DNA of 63,000 nucleotides, filler included, from Basidiobolus ranarum (lineage: Eukaryota): the NCBI GenBank assembly GCA_040143965.1. It is 5 parts of 5 records of this genome, joined end to end, with 100 filler letters (N's around TTAATTAATTAA, not from the genome) between each part and the next. Parts side by side here need not be neighbours in the genome. Positions count along the whole stretch, not along the records: positions 12,651 to 25,173 come from JASJQH010007412.1; positions 25,274 to 37,791 come from JASJQH010007413.1; 3 more parts are not named here. One strand, written 5' to 3'. The notes under the pieces were generated by a model. It saw only the letters and a program-made list of their open reading frames with translations, did not search any database and was not told where the DNA came from. Positions within the stretch are counted from its first letter, which is position 1. The number at the start of each line of letters is the position of its first letter. The position numbers and the translations under genes are program-made. Shown piece by piece: positions 12,688 through 25,302 of the stretch.

Positions 12688-13186
12688 CTATTGCTCAGTT
12701 TTTCTTCTGGGAGCACGACGAGCACGATTGGCTCCGGGAACAAATGCCTGAACTGGAGCAGTGACATTAACACCTGGAAGGTTCTCCATGTTAAGAGCCT
12801 TAAGGAGCTCTTTGGTTTCAGGATCAACTTCAATGTTTGAAGTATCCAAAGCAGAGAACTCAGGAACGTAGTTATCCTTACGTTCACGCTCCTCTTCTTG
12901 AAGCTTGAAGGAAATACCACGGACAGGACCACGCTGGATACGCTTCATCAAGTGAGTAGTGAATCCGGCAATCTTGTTACGAAGGCGCTTGGAGGCAATG
13001 ATAGCAACTTCATCACAAATCTTCTTGTTGGTTTGGAAGTCCAAAGTCAAACGAGGATAATATTTCTCGATGATGACTCTAGAGGCCTTCTTGACTGTCT
13101 TAGTACGAACGCGACCCTGTATTCCAAAAAAATTAGATGGATGAATTACTAAAAAACCAGATTGATAGTCTATATCTAAGTACCAT
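12688..13186 (-). CDS. RPS17: 40S ribosomal protein S17 (eS17)
   Basis: [64 protein letters not shown]-only first exon (13184-13186) plus intron 13117-13183 inferred. Confidence 0.96.
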
Positions 13187-13634
13187 TGTATATTACTATT
13201 TACTCTACAAGCTGTATTCGCCCACAAAAGTAAGAGAGAGACCTTGAATACCACAACGATCTCCTTTTTGTGAGTTCGGGTTACCCCATTTCTGATTGGT
13301 GTATCGGAGTTTGGAAAATTAGAGAGCAACTCGTGATCGATTATTTGAGTAAATTATGATGATAACAATTTGGATCTAATCACTCATACAAGTTATGAAT
13401 GCGCAAGCTCTATGATTAATAAGACATTTCTTGAAATTTTGGCATTTTTACATCCATCAACCATATGCATTATTGATTGGCAAAGCTTGTCCCCACTAGA
13501 CTTGCTACGAAACTAAATAGAAAAGTACACATGATAGCTTTATTTTGTCCATGGGTTCATATCTAAATAGCGATGAAATACTGTATCGGTAGAAGTTTTA
13601 TGATAAAGAAGTAGAGCTCATTGAGTGCAATTGA

Positions 13635-14205
13635 TTATTTTTGCGAAGAGCGCTGTTTCTGATGTTCGTTTAATTTGCTCTTCAGTCTTTGTTCTAAATT
13701 CTTCCTACTTTTACTTTCTGAAGATCCACCTGGCGCATATGTACTTCCAGGTTTTTTCTTTTCTTCAGTAATAATTCGCATCGAATCTTGCTTATAGCTC
13801 GCTCGAGACGCAGATTTTGCTTTCTCCTCACAAGCTGTTGAGTGAGTTTCTGGAAGGCTATTTTATCCCAAACGCGTATTTAATAAAAGGGATTTTGACC
13901 ATCGTAAAAGTAACTCTTCGTTCAAATTGCTATATTTAAAAATAACTTACCGATGTTTCATACAAAACTTCCGCTGGCAATATGCACAGGAGAAACCCAT
14001 GAGGCTCGTCTTTTGATGACATTTTTTTTCTCCACATTCATTATTTGGTTTTGCTGGCTCTGAACTATAGAAAATAGCAACTTGGTTATGATCGATCCTG
14101 TCATTGAATTGAGAACAAAGTAGAAATAATTCGATACCTTAGTATATGGTTAACCAAATCATCGAGTTCGTCATCTTTTTTCTGGTTCTTTTGCTTTTTA
14201 CTCAT
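13635..14205 (-). CDS. Small AN1-type zinc finger protein (3 exons), resembling the IGHMBP2 C-terminus
   Basis: Manual splice: MSKKQKNQKKDDELDDLVNHILSSEPAKPNNECGEKKCHQKTSLMGFSCAYCQRKFCMKHRLPETHSTACEEKAK..RKNLEQRLKSKLNEHQKQRSSQK*; absent from the ORF track. Confidence 0.85.
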
Positions 14206-15195
14206 TTCAACAAGCTCAAATATACTTGAGGTGAGCTCTTTATGGAAACATTCATAAAATATACAAGTAATAATAATCTGGGAAATTGATAATTTGTCAA
14301 CATTAAAAACATCAGCTTTTGGGCACAGGTGGTATCAGTAAATTCCAAAAATATAGTCCAGAATAACTATCTGCTATCTTATTGTTCATCTCCCTATGCT
14401 AAAGTTAATATATTCGAGTTGTCAGAGTTTATCTATGTGCGGTCCCAATATATAAACCTATCATTGCCCTATAAATCGAATGCTGATCGCAAAGTGCAAT
14501 AACTGACATTCTTTTTACGTGCAGTAACTTGGATTGTTTTCCGGTATCTGTGCATACATATATCAATACTTGCTACTTGTTGTATCTTAAGAAGAATACT
14601 ATATTATTACTGACGCAATATCTTCCGCAGATTAAGGTTCCTAGAATCCTGCATGTACTGCTCGTAGAAACAACAACACTGTATATAAGATATAACTCAC
14701 ATCACATTGTCGCTATAGAACCTGTATGATATCAGGTTACCCGGGCCAATTTAATGGTTGAGATAAGCGAGCGTCATATCTCTTCGTAGATCACGTATTC
14801 TTTAGGAGCACCAATATTAGTCTATAAACTCGTAAAACTTTTGATGTATTTGTGGATATTTTTACGTTTTCACTAAATTATTGTCAACTTCCGGAAGATT
14901 TATTGAGATTGGCAGGTGTACAGACTAAATAATCGAAGTAAAAGAATCATTTATTGTTCACAAACTACCAAGGATTGATTTTCATTTTAATCATACTAAA
15001 GAATGATTACCATACAATTGATATCTTCACGTTTTGATGGAAATATAATTAATCAAACAAAAATAATCGGTACATAGATATATATATGTATATAGCTGAA
15101 CATGACAAAATTAATGAATGCTTGGCACCAAAAAGCTAGCCTGCTCCAACCAAAATTCTAAGATATCTGAATAAATCTATCATCATTCTAGGAAA

Positions 15196-16443
15196 TTATT
15201 TAATTTGGACAAGTTTAACTTCGAAAACCAAGGTGGCATTTCCTGGAATATCTGGGGGAGCACCACGTTTGCCGTAGGCAAGAGGAGCAGGGATAGTCAA
15301 GTGACGTTCACCTCCAACCTTCATACCGACAATACCCTTGTCCCAGCCAGAGATAACTTCACCAGCTCCGAGACGGAACCAGAAAGGCTTACCGGTGCTG
15401 TTTTGGTCAAACACTTTACCATTGGTAAGGCGACCAATGTAACGCATACCGATTCTGCTACCTTTCTTGGCAACGGCACCATTACCGACAACCTTGTCAT
15501 TGATAATGAGACCACCAGGTAAGGTCTTGGTGGCAGATTCAGCCTTAGCAGCCTTCTTCTCCTCAACCTTCTTCTCAGCCTTTTTCTCGGCCTTCTTTTC
15601 CTCGACCTTAGGCTTGGAAGCTTCCAATTCTTTAGCTTGCTTAGCCTCCTTGATCTTGGCAGCAGCAGCAGCAATCTTCTCTTCCTTGGCCTTCTTCTTG
15701 GGTACTTCAGGAGCAGCACCGTTTTCTTGCTTACGCTTCTTAGCAGGAACAGGCTTTACTTCTTCCTCCTCCTCTTCTTCTTCCTCCTCCTCTGATTCAA
15801 TTTCCTCAATTCTGCCGGAGATTTCATCATCTCTAAATGAACCAATTATGTTAGAAAATGAAACGCCTACAAAATGATATAGCATACAAGTATTACTCTT
15901 CTTCACTGTCGAACTCGTCAAGATCTTCCATGTCTTCCTCATCGAAATCCATCTCATCGTCCTCGGGCAAGTAGTTACCAGTAAGGTGGATAGTGCTAAA
16001 ATGAAATTAAAAAGTAAGCAGCAGATTCAAATGTCCACTTATGATTGAATAAGTATACTTACTTCTCACCGGTGGCTGAGAAGGTAATCTCTTCACCTTC
16101 GGTGAAGATAATATCCAAAGGTTGTTGTTCAACCTTGTTGGGTGTAAGAGAGCAGAGAACATAGGATTGTTCATCAACAACGACAGTCAAGCAAGAACGT
16201 TGCTTTCCTTTGACCTCTTCACCAAAAGTGGCCTAAAAGCATAGCAAAACATCAATAATTGAACTGGATAGAGAAGTACGTCAAGAAATATTTACCATGG
16301 AGACACGGAAAGAACCCTCAATGACTTGAGTGTAAGTCTTGTTAGGAAGAATTTGAAGACCTTCATAATTATCGTTAGAACCAACAGGCAAAGTTGAACA
16401 CTACCATACAAGCTTTGTACTTACCCCAGAATGCAGTAGCCAT
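15196..16443 (-). CDS. FPR4: Nucleoplasmin-like/acidic/FKBP-type PPIase, nucleolar histone chaperone (Fpr3/Fpr4 family)
   Basis: MATAFWG.. nucleoplasmin-like N-terminus ([29 protein letters not shown]), poly-E and K-rich linker, FKBP domain ([35 protein letters not shown]). Confidence 0.93.
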
Positions 16444-16832
16444 GATTACGTTATAAGAAATGCTTCGAAGAGTTAACTTGGTTACAGTCGAACACTCAAA
16501 ACCCGTACCAACATTGAATATTTATTTCAACCGACGCGCTGAAAGAAAAAAAAAAGGATGCATTCCGGGGTACATTCGATGTAAAAAAGAAAAAAAAAGG
16601 CTGACCCACTCATAAAAAACTTCATTGTAACCGGTATGAAAAGCTTTGCGTGAAAATCTAGCCCAATCAAACGTCAAATGGATTTTAGGATAATTCTGTC
16701 AATTTGTTTTTGCTAAATAATACGAAATATTTTATTCACGACTGTTAATTCACAGGAAACTGAGAGGTGTGTACTCTGATTTGATGGTGAAACATGCCAA
16801 TTCCTTTCTAATTATATGATCATTACTATATA

Positions 16833-19705
16833 TTACTCCTCTTCACTATCTAATTCATCGTTCGAATTTTCGTACAGAACTTTCAGTGGCTGAACGAATT
16901 TAGGCAGTTTGGGCAAATCAGACATTCGCACATTCATTAAATCAAAACTAATACCTACTTTTGCATGAGCATCGGTGAAGACTGGCACTTGGGGATAGCG
17001 TTGGCTGAAATGGGTTAAGAGTAAGAATCTTGAGTTCATTCTGACGCGTCATGGAAAGTTTGGGGTTAGTCAATGCATTGAATGGGTTGATTATACACAG
17101 CTATACCTGTCGCTAACATCGACTGCTTCACTTGTTGTGCTGTGTCGTTTGTCGATTGCTTCTTTCTTCATTTCGTCCTCGAACGTGGCTTCATGGATAA
17201 GCAAAGTGGCGTCTTGACCAAGCTGTACTAACTTGTCACAAGGGCGAGTGTCACCGGAATACCTGATTAAGTAGATATTAGTATGAAGTCATGTTTGGTC
17301 AATATGGGGACTAGCTCTTACACCAGCTTCCATCCATCAGAATGCTCTAGGCTGATTCCGTAAGACCAGGGGCAGTGAATGACATCGGTTGTTTTGATCT
17401 CTTTAAGATTCAGAGTGTCTTTAAGGCCTTTTAGATGTTGTGGGTCATAGTTGCGTCTTTTGTGGTAGACAAGTTCTTCTGCATTAATAAAGCGAATGTT
17501 TCTTAACCCGATTTCCTGGATATCACTGTACTCCTGAAGCCAAGTTTGGAACCTAAGTGGAGCCACGATATACAGAGGTTGATCTTGTGTGCCCTCCTGC
17601 AATTCATTCCATTTATCGAGAACTCGGATAACGCCAAGATGGTGATCAGCATGTAGATGAGAGACAAAAATAAACTTCAAGGATCGAAGAAACTCATTTA
17701 GGCTTTGGCCAATCGTCTTGTTGTGGGAATTTGTAATTACCAGATGACGATACAATTGGCCATAGGTTCCTTCACCTGCATCCAAAAGAACAGATCCCAC
17801 GTCAGGTATAGTTACAGCGGTGGAGCTCACATTGCGGTACTTGGAAGGTATAGCAGAGCCAGTACCCAATGTGGTAACAACAACATCCTGACCAGAGACG
17901 CCAGCAGAGTTAGAAGAGGGTTCGGAAAGTTGCTCTTTTAGTTCTGTGACGGCTGTTAAAAAATCTTCACGATTGGCTAGAACCGATTTAAATTCTTCAG
18001 CTTCAGGGTCAAACGCCGGAAGAATTAGAGATTCATCAAGTCTTTGTTTGGGCTCCGTATGGTAAGCGAGGAGACTAGAGGCCTTGATGGTTTTCTTTGG
18101 TAAGTTTACGAACGCCGAAAGAGATTTATCGGGGGTATTGGAGAAATATGGCAGTGGAAAGATTTCGTTGTCCATGTGCGACAATTTCAATTGAGTCTTA
18201 GCACTGCCAGTGAAGGCAATGGTTTGAGAACAAAGTTTTGGATGTGCCACAATATGCTTTAAAATTGGTAAATAAAGGTTTCAAAAACTTCGTGGAGAGT
18301 AAACGTGTATACCTGGGTGTCTGAACCGAAATTATTCATCCATTCTTGGTACTGCTCATTCTCCAATACATCATCTCCTACCATATGGACAATACAGTGA
18401 GCTGGTAAGCTGTTGCTAGCGTTCTGGTAGAGTTTGAATTCTGGTGCGTTAATCAGGGAAGAAATATAACTTGGGGAAGGGCAGTCTATAATCATGAAAG
18501 TCTACCACATTTTAGAATAAAATACATTTAATATGCAGTTTACATATTCGTGTACTCACTGTTCCAGGGCGAGAGGGGCCAACAACTTGTTCAGGCTGAA
18601 TAACGACACCATTAGGTGTAGTTACAGGTTGTCCGTTCTTTAATTTACCTACAGGATCACAGTTAGTCAACATTGTTATAACAAGTAATATAAATTTCAA
18701 TCGTACCAAAGTCTGGTCCTGGTTTTAAACCCAACTGTGCCGCTGCTTTAGCATCAAATTTACCCTGAACTGTAGGTCCTTGACAAATATAGCATAAAGA
18801 AATCTGAGAGCGAGTAGTTCTGGGCAGTCTTTCATGCATTTTTCTTTCATTGCCTGAGCCTTGTGACTTGACTTTCTTGACTGCCTCCTGTTGGGCTTCT
18901 GATTGAGCTTGTTTACACATAGAGATGTTTACATTTTGACCACCAAACATCTTTCTAAGAATACTTTCTCGAATAGCCACAACATCTTGAGTTCCATCGG
19001 TATCAAGTTCTTTTGAGCGTTTTCTTTTTCCATTAGAATCAGAATCTTTTGTGTCAATATCTCCGAAAGAAATATCATGCTTACGCATATTATCGGGCTC
19101 GAGTTGTATGGTAGTCACACTTAAATTGTCATCCTTGAAGGGCTTCATGGTTTCATTTAGGTCGAGTCTAAATGAGGATCTAATAAAGTAGAGTTTAAGT
19201 AACCCGGGATTTACTTTTCAAAAGCCTTGTATATAATACCTTTGAATAAAATGGCGAGTAGCAGCTATAAAGTGAGTTAAGTTAGGTCCTCCGTGAAGTG
19301 TAAGTTTAGAAGTTCCAGCGTCTGCTAAAGTTAACATCATTCCTAATTGCATTTTTGTTAGAAAATAGTATGCATATGGTCAAAGAAATATAGAGGTTAT
19401 TTACCTGGAATACCACCAGTATTTTCCCAGTTAATTCTCGTAAAAAAAATATTTTGCAGCTTGGCAAAACGTACTTTTTTCTCTACACATAAACGCTGTG
19501 TTCCTTCACCACAGTTAAACAAGTAACGTTGAGAGTCAAAATGTACAACTACCGAAGGAGTTGCGTCCACAGTTGACGTTCCCAGTATTTGGATATATGA
19601 TTTCATAGCTAAGTATCTGCTTACTGAAAAAGACCGATATTGCAAAAGTAACCTCCGCTGAAAAGCAGTAGAGGAATTGCTTATGGTATTAAATATAAAA
19701 GGCAC
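16833..19705 (-). CDS. TRZ1: tRNase Z, long form (ELAC2/Trz1); first ATG at 19606, probable non-AUG N-terminal extension from 19705
   Basis: YLFNCGEGTQR, GLKPGP exosite, LGTGSAIPSKYRNVS, DAGEGT, SHLHADHHLG, YSGDTRP, LIHEATF, HST, LTHFSQRYP motifs. Confidence 0.95.
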
Positions 19706-19994
19706 TTTGAAAGAAAATTACTTGTTTCCTGGGATTTTATAACTTTCCGCTCGAGTAGCTCTGTTATTATGAAGACCTAGGCTTTAGGTCAACTAGAAAG
19801 CTGGTCAATATTGAATCTCCCATATTAACCGTTGCCAAATTTTTTCTGCATCAAGTTAAAACTGTCGATTTATTTCGCTCAGTTCATTGTGGGGTGGTCA
19901 AAAAAAAGATCACTGGATTTTCGAATTATGATTTATGATAAAAAAGTTACACTCAAGAAAGCTCTCCCTCTTTGGCTGAACACTTTTAGTAACC

Positions 19995-20290
19995 ATGGTA
20001 AGTAATCCATTTCTCAATATCCATCCATCGGTTTTGTCAAGATGCATATAACGCTTGGCTATCATTCGAACGACATATGACGGATATGCATCTTCCTTCA
20101 CGGACCATATGAACCTTTGCTAACGCTTTGTTTGTAGCCTTCCCAAAAATCTTTCAAGATCAAGCGCATTCTTGGCAAGAAGCAGAAGCAAAACAGACCC
20201 ATCCCCCATTGGATCCGTTTGAGAACTGACAACAAGATCAGATACAATGCTAAGCGTAGACACTGGCGTCGTACCAAGTTGGGTCTCTAA
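19995..20290 (+). CDS. RPL39: 60S ribosomal protein L39 (eL39), 51 aa
   Basis: ATG exon, intron 19998-20137 (GTAAGT..GCTAAC..TAG), then [50 protein letters not shown]. Confidence 0.97.
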
Positions 20291-20713
20291 ACTACTTCAC
20301 GAAGGGACCTTTATTCTCAGGTTTCCAACATTCATTTAGCTACAATCCTCATAGCATGACATTTGTCTTAAGATTTTGGTTGTTACTTTTTAATGATGTA
20401 GAGCCATTATTTTCTGGCCTATTTAGAGTTCTGTCTCGTCCAGAAAATAAAAATAATTTCTCACTTGAGTTAATATTTCTGTTTTACCTATATACATGAT
20501 TAGTACCTCCATGTAGAGTGAAGGCCAGAGTTTGTAGAAGACATACAGTAATGTCTATAATTAACCTGGAATGCTCTAGCGTACGAGTATTTGAACTTTA
20601 TTTGACCGATAGAAGAGCTTAATGCGTTGGATATTTAACATATATATGGTACTGAAGTAACGATTTACTGATTTCAGCAACGGGAGAAGGTTAATGATAT
20701 ATTACAAAGTATA

Positions 20714-21451
20714 TTATAAAGCCATCGAAAATAATCTGCTCGTAATGACACCTAGAGCGAAGCAACCTGCCGCGAGATACAGGCTTCGATTTACAATGGG
20801 AAAAGGAATCAAAGAGCTCGTCATATATTCGAGGTGTGGATATGGAGAAATCCCATCGACGGATTTGCCACATGTTTTACGATAAGAGTCGATGAAAGTA
20901 CCCTCCTTAAGTAATTTTGTCTTTCTCTCCAGGCTTTGAACAAAGTTAGTGCGATGTTTACTGAAATTCATCATCGGCACACCATAGCCGCAGCTCTGGC
21001 CCACCAAATTTACGTCTATAATAATAAGTGATCGGGCCAAACCTAATTTATCTACATGGTTTTTCAAGTCTGGTGGAAGTACTTCAAGAAACTCCGGACT
21101 GTCGACGTCGTACGCTTTCCCGTGCCCAAAGAGACGAATGATACGCGGAGAGCCTTCGAATGCATTGAACTGTAATGTAATACGGCCATTATTGGATTCA
21201 CGAAGATGAGAAAGGGTCTCCACTCCTGAGCCAAAAAAATCGAGATATGCTACTTTATTTTCACTCAAAACCCAAAACACCTTGTACTCCTGGTAAGTCT
21301 CATCATTTTCTTTTACAACTAGTGTAGTTCCTTTGGGACTAACATTCACGCGACCTTCGGAGGATAGTGGAGCGGATGCCACCCAAAATACTTCTTGCTG
21401 GTTAACAAACTTTTGCGTGTTTGTACTGATAGTTTCGTAAAAATTACCCAT
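20714..21451 (-). CDS. Pyridoxamine 5'-phosphate oxidase-like FMN-binding protein with C-terminal TM anchor, intronless
   Basis: FWVASAPLS..GRVNVSPKG, VAYLD..GSGVET.SHLRE..NGRIT.QF.AFEG.PRI.RLFG.G, SCGYGVP. Confidence 0.88.
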   Translation of the reverse strand: MGNFYETISTNTQKFVNQQEVFWVASAPLSSEGRVNVSPKGTTLVVKENDETYQEYKVFWVLSENKVAYLDFFGSGVETLSHLRESNNGRITLQFNAFEGSPRIIRLFGHGKAYDVDSPEFLEVLPPDLKNHVDKLGLARSLIIIDVNLVGQSCGYGVPMMNFSKHRTNFVQSLERKTKLLKEGTFIDSYRKTCGKSVDGISPYPHLEYMTSSLIPFPIVNRSLYLAAGCFALGVITSRLFSMAL

Positions 21452-22277
21452 GACGTACTAGTTTAATGTGCAGTGTATCCTCGTTGTTAGTACGTTTTGA
21501 CGTATTTATAGTCCAAAATAATCTAACATCAACTCCTGATTAGTTTGTGCAGACTGCGGACTTGCGGCTAGTGATGTTGACTCATGATATTTGTTAGTGA
21601 TTGGCCTTATGACTTTCGACAGAGCCAATTTCATTATGTCAAGAATCAAGCGGCTTATAGGTGTTCAGTTACTAAATTTATGCAAATCGAAGCACAATGC
21701 AATTGGTTTTACCAGATGACCAAGAAACGTACAATTATAGTTGTAAGGAGAAAAATAAAGGATGGCTGGAAAAATCAGTGGCCATTGCCTGAAATTGCTG
21801 GTACTTGACTTTAAAATTCACTGTTTCAGGGAAACCAGAAAATTATAAATTGGAATCCTTTTGATTCATTGATCAAAGTACCTGTGTGCAAAAACTTGGT
21901 AGAACCTGGATGCTATTGATTCCTAGCATTTATTAATATAGCACTCCTCATTGGCTAACTGACTCATAGAATGACTATATTTCTGTTCGTTCATGTAAAG
22001 CCAAGCTCTCTAGCAAAACGATGAAAGCATTAGGTTTGTTCTCTATGGCTTGGAGGGATCAATAGACTGTTTAAAAATAGTTCAAAGGTACTGGGGACGA
22101 CAGTTCGAGCTGGTAAGGAACGATGGAACCAAGACCCACGATGGTTTATTGTTATTACACAGCACGTGACAAACAGATGTGAGTAAAGGTAGAAGCGGAA
22201 AATATTTGATTACCTTTACCCGGTGCAATAAATATATTTAAACTCTGAACTTACTCTGTCAGTTACTCACTCGGAAA

Positions 22278-24579
22278 ATGATTGATACGGGTGGAAGTGC
22301 TTCACTTCGAAACAGAGACAACCATGATGGGGCTCAACACGTTGAAAGAGATACTTCATCTGGGGCCAAAAAAAAGAAAATAGAGTTACCTCCGTCTCCA
22401 TCTAGATGGTTTACAAAAGAATACTACTTTTACTATCTGTTGTACATCTTCGCTTTTCCTTATATACTTAAAGTTACTTACGACTTCAGTTCAGGTATTT
22501 ATCAGTTTCTTGTTCATCGTTTATTGGACATTTTTTGTTTTTGGACACAAGGTTTATCTGGTGCATCTCTTAGAAACTCATCCCAATTACAAATTGTACT
22601 CGGATAAACTCTCCGATGGATGGCTGTTTGGTAGAAAAGTGGTACGTTAGGGTTGTTGATCTAGTTGACTAATGCTCGTTAGCTTAATATTTTAGAAAAT
22701 TCTTAGGATAATAGTGATTCCCAGTTTTCCTCAATCCGAGATAATTACTTATACATAGGTTCCTCTATGGTAATATATCTTATATTTAGCCACCTGGTTA
22801 ATTATATGTGCACTAGAGGTAGTTTCAAGTGTGCCGATCGAGTCGCCCCTCGTATTTATTTCTTTCTCAGCTTCTCGATGATATTTCTCACTTTTGTGTA
22901 CGGTCTGAATATTATAAAAATTCTACTCATCGTCACTGCGAACTATCTTATTGCTAAGAGTTTCGGGAAAAGTTGGTTGAATCCTACCGTTACTTGGATC
23001 TTCAATTTGGGTATTCTATATGCCAATGAAAGTTATAGCGGGTATCGTTACAGCATGCTTAGTGAGAATTTAGCGTTTATGGTAACTATCTCTGTCTCCT
23101 CTCCTTTAAGCTAGTTTGGTTTCTAATATTTAATAAGGATGAGTACTCTGGCCTTTTCCACCAGTGGTATGTTTTGTTCAACATATCTATGCTCAGGATG
23201 GTCTCCTTCAACATGGATTACTACTGGAGCTTTAGCCATTCATCCCAGGGTTCTATAGTTCCTCAGGTACTTGTTTATATTCCAATATACTTAACTCGTC
23301 ACATTACTTAATCTTAATCTGAACATACAGAAAGATGGAGCACCACATCCGCCTGCTGATGAAAAGGAACGAGCCAAAACTCCTTGTCCTGCTTCAGACT
23401 ACAATTTTATCTATTACTTAACCTATATTCTCTACACCCCTCTCTTCCTTGCTGGTCCAATCATCACCTTTAATGATTTCATTTCACAAGTAAGATATTT
23501 TATATTACCTTCAAATCCAACACGATTCTTTAAACTAAATCATTACATTGCCAATAGCTGCGCTTTCCACCTAAAACACTTAAGGTGAAAACAACCATTA
23601 TATACGGACTTCGTGTAGCAGGTTCCATCCTTCTTATGGAGGTCATGTTGCATTGCTTCTATGTTGTTTCAATTAGTAAAGCGAAAGCTTGGGTTGGCTT
23701 TAGTCCTTTAGAAATGAGTATGGTTGGATACCTCAATCTCAAGTTGATTTGGTTAAAGGTAAATTTGTTGAATGTTATGGGCTCCGAGTGCCTGCTTAAT
23801 GAAACATTTTATTAGCTATTCATTATTTGGCGCCTTTTCCGATTCTGGGCAATGGCTGACGGGATTGAAACGCAAGAAAACATGCTACGTTGTATGACCA
23901 ATAACTACTCCGCACTAGGATTTTGGAGAAGTTGGCATAGTAGTTACAACAAATGGACTATAAGGTGTGTTAGCCATATCATTTGTCACTACTACTGAAT
24001 GAAGACTTATATATGGATGTAGATATATTTATATCCCTCTGGGTGGCAACAAAAAAAGGCAAATACTCAATATCGGTATTGTGTTCACCTTTGTCGCTTT
24101 ATGGCATGACATCTCGTCGAATTTGTTGGCTTGGGCTTGGTTGATTACTCTATTCATCCTGCCAGAAATTATACTCACTACCCTCTTCGCCAAACCCAAG
24201 GTAAATTTGAATTTTTAAAATGGTATATTCGATAATAGAGTATTTAATTCCTTTGCATAGTACCAAGTCAAGCCATGGTACCGTCATGTGGCTGCTGTAG
24301 GTGCAGTTGGTAATGTCATACTCATGATGGTAGCCAATCTTGTTGGATTTGCAGTTGGAGTAGAAGGAGTCAAGGAGATGCTGATTAAGATCTTTGCTTT
24401 AGACGGTAAGAGCAGTTAGCCTACGACTTTGCTTCATCATTAATTGAGAACTGACTTGGAATATTCTAGGCCTGCTTTTCATCATTACGATGTTGGTATG
24501 TATTTTCGCCACAGTACAACTAATGTTTGAATATCGTGAACATGAACGTCGTAAATTCGGACGTTATCTTAATTACTAA
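22278..24579 (+). CDS. GUP1: MBOAT-family O-acyltransferase, Gup1-like (multi-exon)
   Basis: [79 protein letters not shown]. Confidence 0.93.
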
Positions 24580-25173
24580 GACTTCTCAAAATGATCGCTT
24601 TGTTTCTTTTGTTTATTTTTCAAACCAGAATCACACGTTGACTTTAATCTTACACATCAATAAATCCAATTATGTGTATGATTCAATTGCCAGTTTTACT
24701 GTTGCATATATATTCTTGAAGTCACCAAAGCCATTGATCTCTGTCAACTGCATGATTATCATTATTATGGATATATATGGTATCTAAAAAGCAAGAATAA
24801 GAATAAGGAGGGCGCTTAATTAATTTTGTCATCCTGAGCTTGATCAGCCCCTTTTCCCTAATCCGTATTGTTCCAACAGAATTAACCATGCTTGGGTGAC
24901 CGTGACTGCTAATCAGCGAAGGCTATAGTTTCAGAGGCTACCAAAATAAAGAGTTAAATTTAATTGAGTCGTGATCAAGTGCCAAAGGGACAAGAAAGGA
25001 GTATTGATTAGGTGGTGCTGAAGTTTCATCAAAATTTCTTTATATTTGCCTACTGTTATTAAGCGAATATGTATTATATCGGATATACCAAAAATCCTCT
25101 CAACCCATGCAGTGTTTTCTGTGATGTTGAATATCTAGATAAGATCCCCTCAGACCAGGATATGCTTAGCATT

Positions 25174-25273
25174 NNNNNNNNNNNNNNNNNNNNNNNNNNN
25201 NNNNNNNNNNNNNNNNNTTAATTAATTAANNNNNNNNNNNNNNNNNNNNNNNNNNNNNNNNNNNNNNNNNNNN
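25174..25273. other. Artificial contig spacer
   Basis: N44-TTAATTAATTAA-N44. Confidence 0.97.
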
Positions 25274-25302
25274 TAGGTGCTTAGGCAATGCTAATTTCAA
25301 CA
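25274..25302 (+). mobile_element. Terminal fragment of the dispersed solo-LTR family at a contig edge
   Basis: TAGGTGCTTAGGCAATGCTAATTTCAACA matches the 3' end of the copies at 29757-30077 and 35390-35710. Confidence 0.8.

Noticed and set aside
13117-13329. N-terminal extension of RPS17 in the ORF track
   Set aside because: Read-through of the intron and promoter from a TTG; eS17 begins M-GRVRT
13348-13436. Possible box C/D snoRNA (ATGATGA on + strand)
   Set aside because: No proper CTGA box D or recognisable rRNA guide, and it is antisense to flanking genes
15205-15877. Long antisense and alternative-frame ORFs over FPR4 (also over RPS17, AA11 linker and GPI gene)
   Set aside because: Shadow ORFs caused by codon bias and low-complexity sequence
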